Below, piece after piece: positions 62,930 to 64,000 of a stretch of DNA of 64,000 bases; the stretch's first letter is position 1, and each line of letters begins with the position of its first letter. The translations under genes were made by a program, and so were the position numbers. The stretch covers positions 147,188,001 through 147,252,000 of the forward strand of contig NC_042998.1 in assembly GCF_006345805.1 (NCBI RefSeq), in the 5' to 3' direction. A model generated the notes under the pieces. The model saw only the letters and a list, made by a program, of their open reading frames with translations. It ran no database searches and had not been told where the DNA came from. Origin of the DNA: Octopus sinensis. Taxonomy: Eukaryota.

Positions 62930-63127
62930 TCCCAAGGCCAGCAGTTTCGGAGTAATAGGTTAGTCGATTACATAGACCCAAGTGTTCAGCTGGTACTTAT
63001 TTTATCAACTCCGAAAGGATGAAGGGCAAAGTCAACCTCGGCGGAATTTGAACTCAGAACGTAAAGACAGTCAAAATGCCGTTAAGCATTTTGCCTAGCA
63101 TGCTAACGATTCTACCAGCTCGCCGAC
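62930..63127 (-). mobile_element. SINE family A
   Basis: Family A head and core. Confidence 0.8.
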
Positions 63128-64000
63128 GAAAATACAAAACTTTCAATTGGTGTTAAACAAGAAATGTACAGTGGAGAAAAACATCTTTGCAAATACGAAG
63201 AGAGTGGGTAAGAGACATGAACTATATGGAAGGATGTAATAAGAATTTTAAAGTGCACCCCCCACACACACACGTGCGTATACATTTACACACATGGACG
63301 CACACATACCTGCAAGGAAATAATTTTAGAAATACGATAAAATACAATAATTAAAACAAGTTGTAATTTAAAATATGTAAAATATGAAATATTGCTAGAT
63401 TGAGTTCTGTAAGCCATGATTTTGTTCACTTCATCATTTCTCAGCCTGTGTTCGCGTGCAACCAAATGCACTACTAAGCATGTTTTGAGGAATCTGATAT
63501 TGAAACACACAAACATATTTTTCTTTTCTTTTTTAATTTCGAAATTATGTATGTCTTAATTTTAATATTACTGAACGTCTATCTTTTGCATGTGGTATAT
63601 ACTTTGAATCTAACTGTTTACGTATCATTAAAACTTCTGAAAGATAATGGCACCACAGAAACGTACTTTTGTCTGTTAACTGTTTGATTTTTGAAGAACA
63701 GTGAATCGATTTTTGTTCCTCTACGTTTTCTTCGTTATTTTCGTGAGGAGGGAATTCTTTATCGTTTAGAAGAAATTGCTACTCCTCACTCACTTTTGTT
63801 GTTTTTGTGTTTTGCTTTCTTTGCGATATTTTTCTCTTTTTATCTTAACGTATTTTCGTTTATAATTATTTCTTCATCATCGTACGATGATAGAGTGATA
63901 TTACAGTTTGGTACTCTTAGGAGACGAGGTATTTGTTCATCTATTTATACTAGGCCTGAATATATATTTTTTTTATATCCTTACAGTTTTGACTGGTCGT

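Overview
This is eukaryotic, AT-rich, microsatellite-saturated DNA. The SINE and simple-repeat content points to an octopus/cephalopod genome, but that is inferred, not verified. No host gene can be identified with confidence; there are only a few weak candidate micro-exons. The window is mostly transposable elements. (i) Penelope-like elements (PLEs; RT plus GIY-YIG) and their solo termini, usually embedded in (TA)n. These carry several structurally different type I hammerhead ribozyme (HHR) motifs, including a G3-C8 covariant core, an A6U variant seen in three copies, and a head-to-head inverted pair. (ii) A 7.5-kb same-strand array of four different R4/Dong-like RT-REL retrotransposons separated by (TAA)n tracts. 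One of them is a single 2-nt lesion away from a continuous ORF. (iii) A ~500-bp non-coding element with a TAA-type tail (4 copies); two copies have a Dong insertion in that tail. (iv) At least three tRNA-derived SINE families, including TSD-flanked dimers/trimers with a tail resembling an L1/Tx1 3' end found in the same window. (v) Three ~385-bp non-autonomous Helitrons, Tc1/mariner and hAT remnants and MITEs, RTE and Tx1 RT fragments, and several long fold-back palindromes. Most ORFs in the supplied track are microsatellite translations. All RNA folds were done by eye, and many element boundaries are approximate.
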